From Patescibacteria group bacterium (GTDB taxonomy: Bacteria; Patescibacteriota; Patescibacteriia; JAHJFT01): DNA of 64,000 bases. The DNA is taken from assembly GCA_028710985.1 (NCBI GenBank), contig JAQTTB010000002.1, forward strand, positions 86,750 through 150,749, given 5' to 3'. The notes below the pieces were generated by a model. It worked only from the letters and a program-made list of their open reading frames with translations. It was not told the origin of the DNA and searched no databases. How positions within the stretch are numbered: the first letter of the stretch is position 1; every line of letters begins with the position of its first letter. Shown piece after piece: positions 28,603 to 37,876 of the stretch. Made by a program: the position numbers and the translations under genes.

Positions 28603-29019
28603 TTACCCTCGCTTGTAATACGGACTCTCTTTTTTAAATTCTTCGTAATCCTCAATATAATCGCTCCTGGATGGATTGTAATTAGTTGAACTTATTGCCA
28701 ACAAAATCGCGTCCGACGAAAAATCTTTAAAATGATGCCAAACATAATCGGGAACATAAAGACCGCTTGTCGGCGAAGTTAGGCGAATTTCTTCCAAACC
28801 CTGGCCCTTGTCAATGACCGCTGTGGCCGTGCCCTGCACCAAAATAAAAAATTCTTCTTCAACTTTGTGACAGTGCGCGCCGGTTGGAGATTGGGGCTTG
28901 GTGATAAAATAAACCCGTTTTACGTCAAAATCAATATAATCCTTGAGTTCCACCGGACTCATGACGAACTTTGGCGTATCAACTTTTTTTAATGTAAAAA
29001 TTTTAAATTCCTTTAGCAT
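28603..29019 (-). CDS. FdtA/QdtA-family cupin (sugar 3,4-ketoisomerase)
   Basis: FDVKRVYFI, GAHCH, VWH, DAILLAISST.Y...DYI.DYEEF. Confidence 0.85.
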   Translation of the reverse strand: MLKEFKIFTLKKVDTPKFVMSPVELKDYIDFDVKRVYFITKPQSPTGAHCHKVEEEFFILVQGTATAVIDKGQGLEEIRLTSPTSGLYVPDYVWHHFKDFSSDAILLAISSTNYNPSRSDYIEDYEEFKKESPYYKRG

Positions 29020-29056
29020 ATCTCTTATTCAAAAAACGTACCACACGAATAGGCTT

Positions 29057-30088
29057 CTAGCTTGGTTTGATGTGCGAATTCAATTCTGTCTGTCGTTTTC
29101 TCAATTTTTCCACCCACTCCATATTTTGCCGATACCACTCTACTGTCAGGCTCAGACCTTGCTCAAATTTATCGACCGTGTACTCTGGTTTCCATTTCAG
29201 TTCACGCTGAATTTTTGTCGCGTCGACCGCGTAACGCCGATCATGGCCGGGCCGATCTTGAACGGTTACGGTTAAATCTTCCGGCTTATTCAACATCCGC
29301 AAAATCATTTTTACCACATCGACATTGTGCCGTTCATTATCTGCGCCGATATTATAAACTTCTCCCGGCACGCCTTCATGAAGCATCCAATCAATAGCTC
29401 TACAGTGGTCCATGACAAAAATCCAATCACGAACATAGAGTCCATCGCCGTATATCGGCACCGGCTCATTATTCATGGCTTTAAAAATAGCAAATGGAAT
29501 CAATTTTTCCGGAAATTGATAGGGACCGTAATTATTTGAACAATGACTAACAATTACCGGCACTTTAAAAGTTTTAAAATAAGCTCGGCACATTAAATCA
29601 CCACCGGCCTTGGCCGCAGCATATGGAACATTTGGTGTAAAGGCCGTGTCCTCAAAAAATTTTTTTCCATCACCTAAGTCAAGAGTTCCATAAACTTCGT
29701 CAGTGGAAATATTGACCATTTTTTGCAAATTGTGCCGGCGGGCCGCATCAAGTAAAGTTTGCACACCTATAACATTTGTCATGACGAAATCACGCGAGCC
29801 AATGTGAATTGAGCGATCAACGTGCGTCTCGGCAGCGAAATTTATCAGGGTATCAATACCGTGCTCGGAAATTACTTTATCAACACATTCAACATCGCAA
29901 ATGTCGCCTTGGACAAAGGTGTAATTCGAATTACTTTCGACATCACGCAGATTATCAAGATTGCCTGCATAAGTGAGCTTATCGTAATTGACCACTTTGT
30001 AGTCGGGATAATTTTCGAGGATGTGCCGAACAAAGTTCGAACCAATAAAACCGGCACCTCCAGCCACGAGAATTTTCATATTGTCCAA
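29057..30088 (-). CDS. rmlB: dTDP-glucose 4,6-dehydratase
   Basis: GGAGFIGS, DKLTYAGN, FAAETHVDRSI, STDEVYG, DRPGHDRRYA. Confidence 0.96.
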   Translation of the reverse strand: MDNMKILVAGGAGFIGSNFVRHILENYPDYKVVNYDKLTYAGNLDNLRDVESNSNYTFVQGDICDVECVDKVISEHGIDTLINFAAETHVDRSIHIGSRDFVMTNVIGVQTLLDAARRHNLQKMVNISTDEVYGTLDLGDGKKFFEDTAFTPNVPYAAAKAGGDLMCRAYFKTFKVPVIVSHCSNNYGPYQFPEKLIPFAIFKAMNNEPVPIYGDGLYVRDWIFVMDHCRAIDWMLHEGVPGEVYNIGADNERHNVDVVKMILRMLNKPEDLTVTVQDRPGHDRRYAVDATKIQRELKWKPEYTVDKFEQGLSLTVEWYRQNMEWVEKLRKRQTELNSHIKPS

Positions 30089-30154
30089 TTATATAATAAA
30101 ACCCTGAATTTGTAAATAAAGAGGGCGACCCAAGGGAGCCGCCCGGAGATAGGG

Positions 30155-30481
30155 CTACTTCGCGACAAAAACCGCGGACTCGCTGAAGATGCGCGAGAAC
30201 ATAACCGTAGAAAAATGCCCGTCTTCCGTCACCCGTTCAATCTGGGCAAAACGGCTGTCTTTGGCCACCATGAGATCATAATGACACACCGGACAGAACA
30301 ATTTTGCCGCCTCCTGCGACTTCAAAAAACCCGCCGACATGACGACCCGGTAATCGGTTTCCTGCGGAATCAGGAGAATAAGTTCTTCCCGTTTGTTTGT
30401 ATTCTGGGCGATCAGAATAATCTTGGTGCCCGGATTTAGGACCACTTCACAGCCCGGACAGCAATACTTGTTTTTCGGCAT
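30155..30481 (-). CDS. hypothetical protein with two CxxC pairs
   Basis: CPGC...CPVC; SD GAGGAGG; own promoter upstream. Confidence 0.65.
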   Translation of the reverse strand: MPKNKYCCPGCEVVLNPGTKIILIAQNTNKREELILLIPQETDYRVVMSAGFLKSQEAAKLFCPVCHYDLMVAKDSRFAQIERVTEDGHFSTVMFSRIFSESAVFVAK

Positions 30482-30635
30482 CTGCTCCTCCTCAACGCCT
30501 TGATTAATTTCTGATTTTGATGCAGGCATAATATGCCCAAAAACAATCCTCGTCAAGCCAGCGGCCATAAAAAAAACGCGACACTTTTGATGTCGCGCCA
30601 AGAATCCAATGACCAAAGGTCCGAGAACCAAGGCA

Positions 30636-31556
30636 CTACCCGAGGAGAAGGAGACCGGACGAGCAGAGGCCGTCCACACCATCCAGGTTCACCCTGGAGT
30701 CGAAGTTGAGGTCGTCGTCAGAGGCCTCGAAGTAGAGCGAGGAATCGACGAACTGCCACGACAGAGCGGCCATGTTCAAGCCAGGCGTCGTGTAATCCCG
30801 AGCTAACACATCCGGGTACAGGGCCATAATAACCGCAGTGTCGATGCCGCCGCCGAGGTGAAGCGAGCCGGGAAGAGTCGCCATCTGCTCACGATCGGCA
30901 TGGATGCTGAAACTCTGGAGCGGGTTGGGGAAGAAGAGCGCGACCCGGGGGCCAACCCTGAGCTCGGCAACGAGCCGCTCGTGGCTTGAGTGGACAATCT
31001 CCACCTTGCTGACAAGCTCGCCCTGACGATGATGCACGAACTCGCGGTCCGAGAACTCGCTCACGTAGGCCTTAGCCACGGCCGAAAGGAACCGCTTCTC
31101 CAGGAGCTCGCCGTAGTCAAAACTCTCGGGAAGCTGGGGCAGGATGACGGGAAGGTGAACTCCCTTCAAGAGATTGACGAGCGATTCGTCGGCCTTGAGC
31201 TTGGCCATGAGCGCCTCGCTCCGCGCATAGAACTCATCGGCGATCATGCCCGGGTCGCCGAAGAGCTCGAAGTAGCGACGGTGACGCTCGGCGTAGTCCA
31301 GCTTCGGCTGGATAAGATGGAATTTGCGGTTCGGGTTGCAAACCGCGGCGCTCATGTCGCGCGGTGGAATGCGCCGACCGTTCTTATCGAAGAGCTTCAG
31401 CGCCGCTTTCGCGAGCTCGGCCGTGGCGCCGTCTTCGCTCACCTTGAGCTTGAGCTCGCCGCGCAGGAGCCGAAGGGCGTTCTTCTCGCCCAGGAGCTTG
31501 ACCAGGGCGTTGAGTTGACCCGTAGTCCAGTCATGCGTCGTCCACTTGCTCTTCAT
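30636..31556 (-). CDS. hypothetical CPR protein, possible DGR variable-region target
   Basis: N-term 'TTGQLNALVKLLG', C-term '...NLDGVDGLCSSGLLLLG*'; SD GAAGGAG. Confidence 0.7.
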   Translation of the reverse strand: MKSKWTTHDWTTGQLNALVKLLGEKNALRLLRGELKLKVSEDGATAELAKAALKLFDKNGRRIPPRDMSAAVCNPNRKFHLIQPKLDYAERHRRYFELFGDPGMIADEFYARSEALMAKLKADESLVNLLKGVHLPVILPQLPESFDYGELLEKRFLSAVAKAYVSEFSDREFVHHRQGELVSKVEIVHSSHERLVAELRVGPRVALFFPNPLQSFSIHADREQMATLPGSLHLGGGIDTAVIMALYPDVLARDYTTPGLNMAALSWQFVDSSLYFEASDDDLNFDSRVNLDGVDGLCSSGLLLLG

Positions 31557-31701
31557 GTCTTTCTCCTTCCAGGCTAACTTGCCCGAAATTTTTGGGTGCC
31601 CCTCACCCGGGGCCCGGGTGCCTCTCAGATGAGAGAACAATTCATTTTTACTTTATCTACAAAAAAAGTCAAGGAATCTAAATCCCTGACTTTATATTTT
31701 T

Positions 31702-31757
31702 CCCCGATTTACTAATTCACTGATTCACCGGTTCACTGATTCACCGGTTCCCTGCTC
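31702..31757. repeat. short octamer tandem repeat
   Basis: ttcactga ttcaccgg ttcactga ttcaccgg. Confidence 0.6.
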
Positions 31758-32164
31758 TAAAACGCGGCTTTAATCTTTTCCGCCACGATTACCGCCTCGC
31801 CTTGGGGATAGGAATTTCCCGGCCAGAGCTTGATTCCATCGTCCGGATAACGCGGCACGATGTGCCAGTGGAGATGCGACACTACCTGACCGGCGGTCCG
31901 GCCGTTGTTTTGCATCAGATTAAACGCGTCCGTGCCCATGCCGCGGCAAACCGCCTGTCCGATCTTCTTTAAAACCTTTCCCATATCGCACAAAACATCT
32001 TCATCCGTATCCAGGATATTTTCAAAATGTTTTTTCGGAACAACCAGCGTATGTCCCGGATTCACGGGGTTGATATCCAGAAACGCCAAAAATTTTTCAT
32101 CTTCATAAACTCTGACGCCCGGTATCTCACCGCTGATGATTTTGCAAAAAATACAATCTTGCAT
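31757..32164 (-). CDS. HIT family nucleotide hydrolase
   Basis: CIFCKI, GHTLVVPK.H, HLHWHIVPR. Confidence 0.95.
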   Translation of the reverse strand: MQDCIFCKIISGEIPGVRVYEDEKFLAFLDINPVNPGHTLVVPKKHFENILDTDEDVLCDMGKVLKKIGQAVCRGMGTDAFNLMQNNGRTAGQVVSHLHWHIVPRYPDDGIKLWPGNSYPQGEAVIVAEKIKAAF

Positions 32165-32167
32165 AAT

Positions 32168-32371
32168 TTATTTATTATTCTTGAACAATGCATAGAACGT
32201 ACCGCTCGCCAGCACGACGGCAAGCAGCCACGTCATATTAAAATGGTAGCTGACAAATCCCCGCTTGGCAAGCTCCAGGGCCGCGAGCAGCAAAAAAGTA
32301 ATCAGGCTCGAATAAAATATGGTGCCCGAGAGCTTAGAGAGAAAAACATTTTCCTGATGAAATTCAATCAT
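32168..32371 (-). CDS. small membrane protein
   Basis: two hydrophobic helices, operonic spacing. Confidence 0.55.
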   Translation of the reverse strand: MIEFHQENVFLSKLSGTIFYSSLITFLLLAALELAKRGFVSYHFNMTWLLAVVLASGTFYALFKNNK

Positions 32372-32372
32372 G

Positions 32373-33860
32373 CTAATCGCTAAAAATATTATTTTTCAAT
32401 TTTTCAAAATACATCCTGGCGGTGCTTGCCCAATTCTCCCAGGTGATGGGCTCGCGCTCAAGAATCAAATCGATTCCCCCAATTGCCGGCGCGGCCTGCG
32501 TTCTTGCCACCCCGGGCGCGGAGATTGAAAATTTGATGGTTCCGCCCGGCGACGGCACGCGCGACAAATCAAAAGTCTGTTCCGCAAAATACCAGTCGCC
32601 ATCGCGAACCGCATTTTTATAATTTGTCAGTACGAAATTGATGCCCTGCGCGTCCAAATCCGTATTGGCATCCAATTTGACGGGGAAAGGATTAAAAAAT
32701 AAATCCCGGTTCCAGGCGAAAAGCCCGTTGCCGGTTATTTTGATGTCCCCCTGCGGCGAATATACTCTCTTAAGCCCGGCTGAATTCCCCAGCTCCTTAT
32801 AGTACTCGCGGAAGCTCTCCGCCACCCGGAGCGTCTCATCTCCGGCGCCAAGCTCCTGCGTGCCGTCGGCATGCAGAGTCTGCGCCACGATATAGCTTGA
32901 ATTTGTCCAAAGCTCGGCCGGGAGTTCGGGTTCCGCGTATCCGACTTCGTCGCCCAGAAACGCGGTATTCACGATCACGCATTTCTGCTGGGGCGTGATA
33001 ATCTTGCGGATGAAAATATCGGACGGCGCCTTAAACTCAATTTTATAAACCCCTTCGCTAAGATTATCTTTTTTTAATTCCACGGTCCGCAGGGCCGAAC
33101 CCTGCTGCGCCGGCCGCCAGAGCTCGCCGTCCGGTATGACGAGCGAATCCGCCAGCGCGCCGTCTTTGTAAAGATTAACCACCACCGGATCCGCTCCCTC
33201 GCCGCGGTTCATGTCCTGGATCAAAAATGAAAAATCAAGTTTCTCCCCGTTCCCGATATAAGTCAGGAACTGGTGATAGCCGCGGAGATATATTTCATAC
33301 TCGCGCTCTGCGGCCCACGGCTCGTAATCCGGAATGCGGTAGCTTGTCGGCAGGCTGTAATTATAAACCGCGACCTCGTCCATGGACGGCGGATTGTCTA
33401 GAAACTCCTGAACTGATCTATATTTATCCTGGCGCTCATAAAGCCTCAGCCCGCCGGCTTCAAGGGTGATCCAGTTTATTTCCTCCAAAATCTTATTCCA
33501 GAGCGGCCGGAGGTCGTACTGCCACGCCGCCTCGGTAATCATGGGGCCGAATTCCAGAAACGGCTGGGTATCGGGCTTGAATTTTACGCCGACCGTCAGT
33601 TTATCAAACGCGGACGGCAGATGAACATGGAAATAAACCGGCTCGTCAAGAATCTGCTGGAAATTCACGCTGTCCTCGTTCATCACGCCGGTCACTCTTT
33701 GCGCCGGCACGAGAAAATCCGCGTACGGGCTCGCGTCGGAAAAATTAAAACTCCTCGCCAGCACGCCGCTCGGCACAAAATTAAGATTAAAAAGCCAGGC
33801 CACGAGCCCCAAGGGCGCGAGGATGATGATCGCCTGCAATATCCTAAGAATTGGTTTCAT
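32373..33860 (-). CDS. hypothetical membrane-anchored protein
   Basis: long ORF with N-terminal TM. Confidence 0.7.
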   Translation of the reverse strand: MKPILRILQAIIILAPLGLVAWLFNLNFVPSGVLARSFNFSDASPYADFLVPAQRVTGVMNEDSVNFQQILDEPVYFHVHLPSAFDKLTVGVKFKPDTQPFLEFGPMITEAAWQYDLRPLWNKILEEINWITLEAGGLRLYERQDKYRSVQEFLDNPPSMDEVAVYNYSLPTSYRIPDYEPWAAEREYEIYLRGYHQFLTYIGNGEKLDFSFLIQDMNRGEGADPVVVNLYKDGALADSLVIPDGELWRPAQQGSALRTVELKKDNLSEGVYKIEFKAPSDIFIRKIITPQQKCVIVNTAFLGDEVGYAEPELPAELWTNSSYIVAQTLHADGTQELGAGDETLRVAESFREYYKELGNSAGLKRVYSPQGDIKITGNGLFAWNRDLFFNPFPVKLDANTDLDAQGINFVLTNYKNAVRDGDWYFAEQTFDLSRVPSPGGTIKFSISAPGVARTQAAPAIGGIDLILEREPITWENWASTARMYFEKLKNNIFSD

Positions 33861-35538
33861 CGCTGAAAAGATAATCAAAAATATAAAGCGCCTCGTTATC
33901 AAAATATTCAAGTTCGCGCAGGCGCAATTTCAGCGGCAGGAGCACGCGCGCGTTGATGTCGGCGAGTTCATCTTCGGAGAATGCCACGCCGTAATAATAC
34001 AACGGCACGGCAAAATACATTTTGGAAAAAATCTCGTAGCTGTCGCGGCCGCGAAAAGGATAAACGATTTTTCTTTCCGGAAAAAATATCTTGTCCGAAC
34101 GGTCGGTGACGATCAGGGCGTCATCCGGAGTAATCTGCATCACCCGCTCCGCAACCGCCTCATAGCGCCAAAGATTTTTTCGCACGTAAACCAGGCCCTC
34201 GTCCTCGCCCCACATTGCCGTCGACGCGCCCAGAACGACAAACGCAATCACAATCGCCACGAACGCGGTTGTTTTAATAACGCGGCTTTTTATCCTTCCG
34301 ATTGTCTCGCGCATGAACCAGACCGCGAGCGGAATGCCCAAAACAAAGCTCGGCAACCAATACCGGAGATACGAATTGCCGATTGTAGTTTTGAATGGAT
34401 TAATATTATCCGAAAACTCCCAACTGCCATATACCGCGATAAGACAAGTGGTCACAAGTCCAAAAATAATAATATATTGCCAAAAACCGCGATATAATTT
34501 TCGTCTGAAGCCGCGCACCACTGCAAGCGCTATACCGGCAAGACAGAAAGCCGAATAAGCCCAGGTGAATAACAGCATATAATCCACAAAATTATTCAGA
34601 ATATTCCGCGGCTCGAAACCGAACGGAAGAATCATGGATTTTAAAGCCGTAAATGCAACACCTTCCGAAGTTGTCTCCCTGACCGCCGCGTCAACGGCGC
34701 TTACGGACGCCTGAATGGCTGCAGCGTTATATCCGGTTCGCAACGCTCCGCCGTAAAGATAGTTATTAAGAATAAGCGTCGGACTGAATATCAAAAATGC
34801 AGCCGCGGCAAACGCCGCAACTCTGACCCATTTAATTTTTTTATAATTCATCACGATGAGCGCCGCACCGGCAAGCCATATCCAGGGCGCTTCGGCCGGC
34901 CGCACAAAGAGCGCGAGCCCCAGAAATAATCCCGCGCTAATCCAGTCAAGATTACCAATAATCAATCCGCCCGCGTCCAATCCCGCTCTGCGCCGGCGCT
35001 CGGCAAAAGGCAGAATAATTATAAAATAAACCGAAATAATCAAAAGGCTCAAAAAAAGCACGTTCGGCAACAATCCACGGCTCGTGTAATACCACCACGC
35101 CGGATGCACCAAGAGCAAAAGCCAGGCCAAGAGCCCATACCGTTCGCCTAGATATTTTTTTACCATCGCGAAAAATGCCCAACTCGCAATTACCGCAAAG
35201 AGCGGCGTCAGATAAACCGTCAGCGCCGGCGTAATCAGCTTTGCCGCGATTCCGTAAATAAAAATCATTCCCAGAAAACCCCCGGGAACCAAAAAATCAT
35301 TAATCACCTGAATACTCCGAGGATGAACAATGCCGTCCAATAAAAAATTCGTTGGTTCAAATGTCCAGATGCGGCTCTGCTCGCTGAACAGATTTATAAA
35401 AAAATAATTCGCCGTTTCATCCGGTGAATTAAATCTCAATGGCGCGAAAAAATTAAGATATGAATACAATATAAAAAATGCCAATCCCCCCATCCCGAGG
35501 ATTAGCACAATATGATGTGTTTTCATCCAATTCCACAT
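33844..35538 (-). CDS. GT-C fold (family 39/PMT-like) membrane glycosyltransferase
   Basis: polytopic, 'NSPDE' acidic first loop, 'RYWLP' motif. Confidence 0.7.
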   Translation of the reverse strand: MWNWMKTHHIVLILGMGGLAFFILYSYLNFFAPLRFNSPDETANYFFINLFSEQSRIWTFEPTNFLLDGIVHPRSIQVINDFLVPGGFLGMIFIYGIAAKLITPALTVYLTPLFAVIASWAFFAMVKKYLGERYGLLAWLLLLVHPAWWYYTSRGLLPNVLFLSLLIISVYFIIILPFAERRRRAGLDAGGLIIGNLDWISAGLFLGLALFVRPAEAPWIWLAGAALIVMNYKKIKWVRVAAFAAAAFLIFSPTLILNNYLYGGALRTGYNAAAIQASVSAVDAAVRETTSEGVAFTALKSMILPFGFEPRNILNNFVDYMLLFTWAYSAFCLAGIALAVVRGFRRKLYRGFWQYIIIFGLVTTCLIAVYGSWEFSDNINPFKTTIGNSYLRYWLPSFVLGIPLAVWFMRETIGRIKSRVIKTTAFVAIVIAFVVLGASTAMWGEDEGLVYVRKNLWRYEAVAERVMQITPDDALIVTDRSDKIFFPERKIVYPFRGRDSYEIFSKMYFAVPLYYYGVAFSEDELADINARVLLPLKLRLRELEYFDNEALYIFDYLFSDETNS

Positions 35539-35588
35539 ATAAATATGCGGTAATTATAGATAAAATTGTTCTTTTTGTAAATAAGGTA

Positions 35589-36176
35589 CTACATATGCAA
35601 ATCCTTTTTATTATTTCTGTCGATTTCCCAATTTTTTGGGTTATTAATAATATATTCGGAAATGCCATGCAATGATTCTTCGCCCATGATAATACAATCG
35701 TAATATCGGGGCTGCCAGACGAAATTATTGCCAACGCACAATCGATGTATTTGTTTTGTCGTTGCCAATTTATAGGAACCGACTATAACCGGCAATGAAC
35801 CCGATTTTAACGGTCCCGGTAGAGACGCGGCATGCCGCGTCTCTACGTTCGCATGCCGCGTCTCTACCGGACACGTATTTTGCGTCTCTGCGCCACCGTC
35901 AACGCCACGAAAAATTATTCCATGAACATGATTCGGCATAATTATGAATTCGCCTAATTCAACAAACGGAAAATGCCGCGGAATAGCCAGCCAACAATCT
36001 CGTGCAATCTTACCCAGATCATTTAAAACCATCCGGCCTTTCTTAATGTCCCCAAAACAAATCTTTCGATCCTTTGTGCATATCGTAACAAAATAATACC
36101 CGGCGGATGAATAATCCCAGCCGGGCAATCTTGCAGACGGTATTCGATATTTATTTTGAAATAATATATCCGACAT
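35589..36176 (-). CDS. REP-associated tyrosine transposase (RAYT, Y1 HUH family)
   Basis: RL..WDYS..GYYFVTICT, IMPNHVHGI, WQPRYYD.II, YI.NNP.NW. Confidence 0.9.
   Translation of the reverse strand: MSDILFQNKYRIPSARLPGWDYSSAGYYFVTICTKDRKICFGDIKKGRMVLNDLGKIARDCWLAIPRHFPFVELGEFIIMPNHVHGIIFRGVDGGAETQNTCPVETRHANVETRHAASLPGPLKSGSLPVIVGSYKLATTKQIHRLCVGNNFVWQPRYYDCIIMGEESLHGISEYIINNPKNWEIDRNNKKDLHM
35819..35891. repeat. GTAG-type REP palindromes inside the RAYT ORF
   Basis: perfect 28-bp palindrome gtagagacgcggcatgccgcgtctctac plus partial copies. Confidence 0.85.
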
Positions 36177-37259
36177 CTACTCCATCTCCCCCAATTGTTC
36201 AATTAATTTTTTTTGTTCGCGGGACAAATGCTTCGGGACCTTCACTAAAACCTCTACCAACTGATCCCCCCTTCCGCCGCCGTGCAGCGCCGGGATTCCT
36301 TTATCATTTAATTTAAAAATTTGGCCGCCTTGGGTTCCGGCCGGTATCTTTAAACTGACACGCCCTTCAATTGTCTCGATGTCAGTGCTCCCGCCCAGTG
36401 CGGCAAGCGTAAACGAAATATGCTCGTGCGAAATAATGTTCAGCCCGTCGCGCTTAAACCGCGCGTCCGGCCGCACGCGCACATGCACATACAGGTCGCC
36501 GGCACGTCCGCCCCAGGCGCCTCGTTCGCCCTGGCCGGAAAGCTTGATTACTTCGCCGTTATCAATGCCGGCCGGTATTTTTATTTTCAGCTGCCGGCTC
36601 TGTTTGGTCGCGCCGATTCCGCCGCATTCGCGACACGGTTTTTCCGGACGCTTGCCTTCGCCGTGGCATTCACGGCAGACCGCGGTGGATTGGAAGCTCC
36701 CGAACACCGTGCGTTGCACCGTCTGTACCTGGCCGCTCCCCCCGCACGTCGCGCAGGAAATAATCTTTGTGCCCGGCTCGGCGCCGTTGCCCTGGCAATG
36801 CCGGCAACTATCGCTCTTGTATAAATTCAAAATCTTCTCGGCTCCGAAAACCGTTTCCGAAAAATCAATGTCTGCATCAACTTCGATATCCGCGCCGCGC
36901 GCCCGGCCCGACCGGCGCCTTGTTCCGCCGCCCATGCCGCCGAACAAATCTCCCAGAATATCGCCGAGGTCGCCGACATTGCCGAAATCAAAACCCGCGC
37001 CGCCTCCGAACGGTCCGCCAAAACCCTGCCCGAATCCCGGACCGGCCTGGTCAAAAGTCGTGCCGAACTGATCATACTGGCGCCGTTTTTCCGGGTTGCC
37101 GAGCACCTGAAAGGCTTCGTTAAGCTCCTTGAATTTGGCTTCATCCCCGCCCGCCTTGTCCGGATGGAATTTATGCGCCAGTTTGCGGAAAGCCTTTTTA
37201 ATTTCTTCCGGCGACGCGCTTCTGTCCACGTCCAATATTTTGTAATAATCTTTTGCCAT
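36177..37259 (-). CDS. dnaJ: chaperone DnaJ
   Basis: HPD J-domain, G/F region, four CxxCxGxG repeats. Confidence 0.97.
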   Translation of the reverse strand: MAKDYYKILDVDRSASPEEIKKAFRKLAHKFHPDKAGGDEAKFKELNEAFQVLGNPEKRRQYDQFGTTFDQAGPGFGQGFGGPFGGGAGFDFGNVGDLGDILGDLFGGMGGGTRRRSGRARGADIEVDADIDFSETVFGAEKILNLYKSDSCRHCQGNGAEPGTKIISCATCGGSGQVQTVQRTVFGSFQSTAVCRECHGEGKRPEKPCRECGGIGATKQSRQLKIKIPAGIDNGEVIKLSGQGERGAWGGRAGDLYVHVRVRPDARFKRDGLNIISHEHISFTLAALGGSTDIETIEGRVSLKIPAGTQGGQIFKLNDKGIPALHGGGRGDQLVEVLVKVPKHLSREQKKLIEQLGEME

Positions 37260-37263
37260 TGAA

Positions 37264-37860
37264 TTATTCAATCATCATTTCTTTATATTTTTTTGAATCA
37301 ATCAGTTTTCTGATTTGATTCGCGATATACTCATCCGTGCTGTCCGCAAGCGTGAGATACATTTCCCGAACTTCGTGGTTCCAGCGCGGCAGTTTATATT
37401 TGTTCGGCGTCAGCGGCCATGAACGCACATTATCAAGCACGTCCGCGCACTTCACCATGCGCGTCCGGTAATCGGTCCCCATGGTCTTTCGGAACTTTTG
37501 CATTTTGGACTCGCGATCTTTGACGCGCGTCACGCCGGCGACCAACCTCTTCACCTCGCGGCCGTACCGCATGCCGATTTCCGCGATCTTAACCGGCGTG
37601 TCTTCCACCACGTCATGCAAAAGCGCGGCCTGTATCATTTCCGGGTCATAGATACCGCGCTCGCCCATCAGGATGTTTGCCGCGCGGACCGGATGGATAA
37701 TATACGGAATCTTTTCATCGCGCTCCTGGCCGCGGTGCATTTTTTTCGCGAATTCAAATGCCTCAATCACCCGTTTCCGGTCGCTGTCCGAAAATTTTTT
37801 AATCAATTTTTTGAATTTTTGATAATTCGCGTTCAGGCTGATGAATTGTGAGAGTATCAC
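37264..37860 (-). CDS. stand-alone RelA/SpoT-type HD hydrolase (small alarmone hydrolase-like)
   Basis: H.GQ.R...PYIIHP, AALLHDVVED, VK.AD.LDN.R. Confidence 0.85.
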   Translation of the reverse strand: MILSQFISLNANYQKFKKLIKKFSDSDRKRVIEAFEFAKKMHRGQERDEKIPYIIHPVRAANILMGERGIYDPEMIQAALLHDVVEDTPVKIAEIGMRYGREVKRLVAGVTRVKDRESKMQKFRKTMGTDYRTRMVKCADVLDNVRSWPLTPNKYKLPRWNHEVREMYLTLADSTDEYIANQIRKLIDSKKYKEMMIE

Positions 37861-37876
37861 ATTCCTCCTTTTTTAT

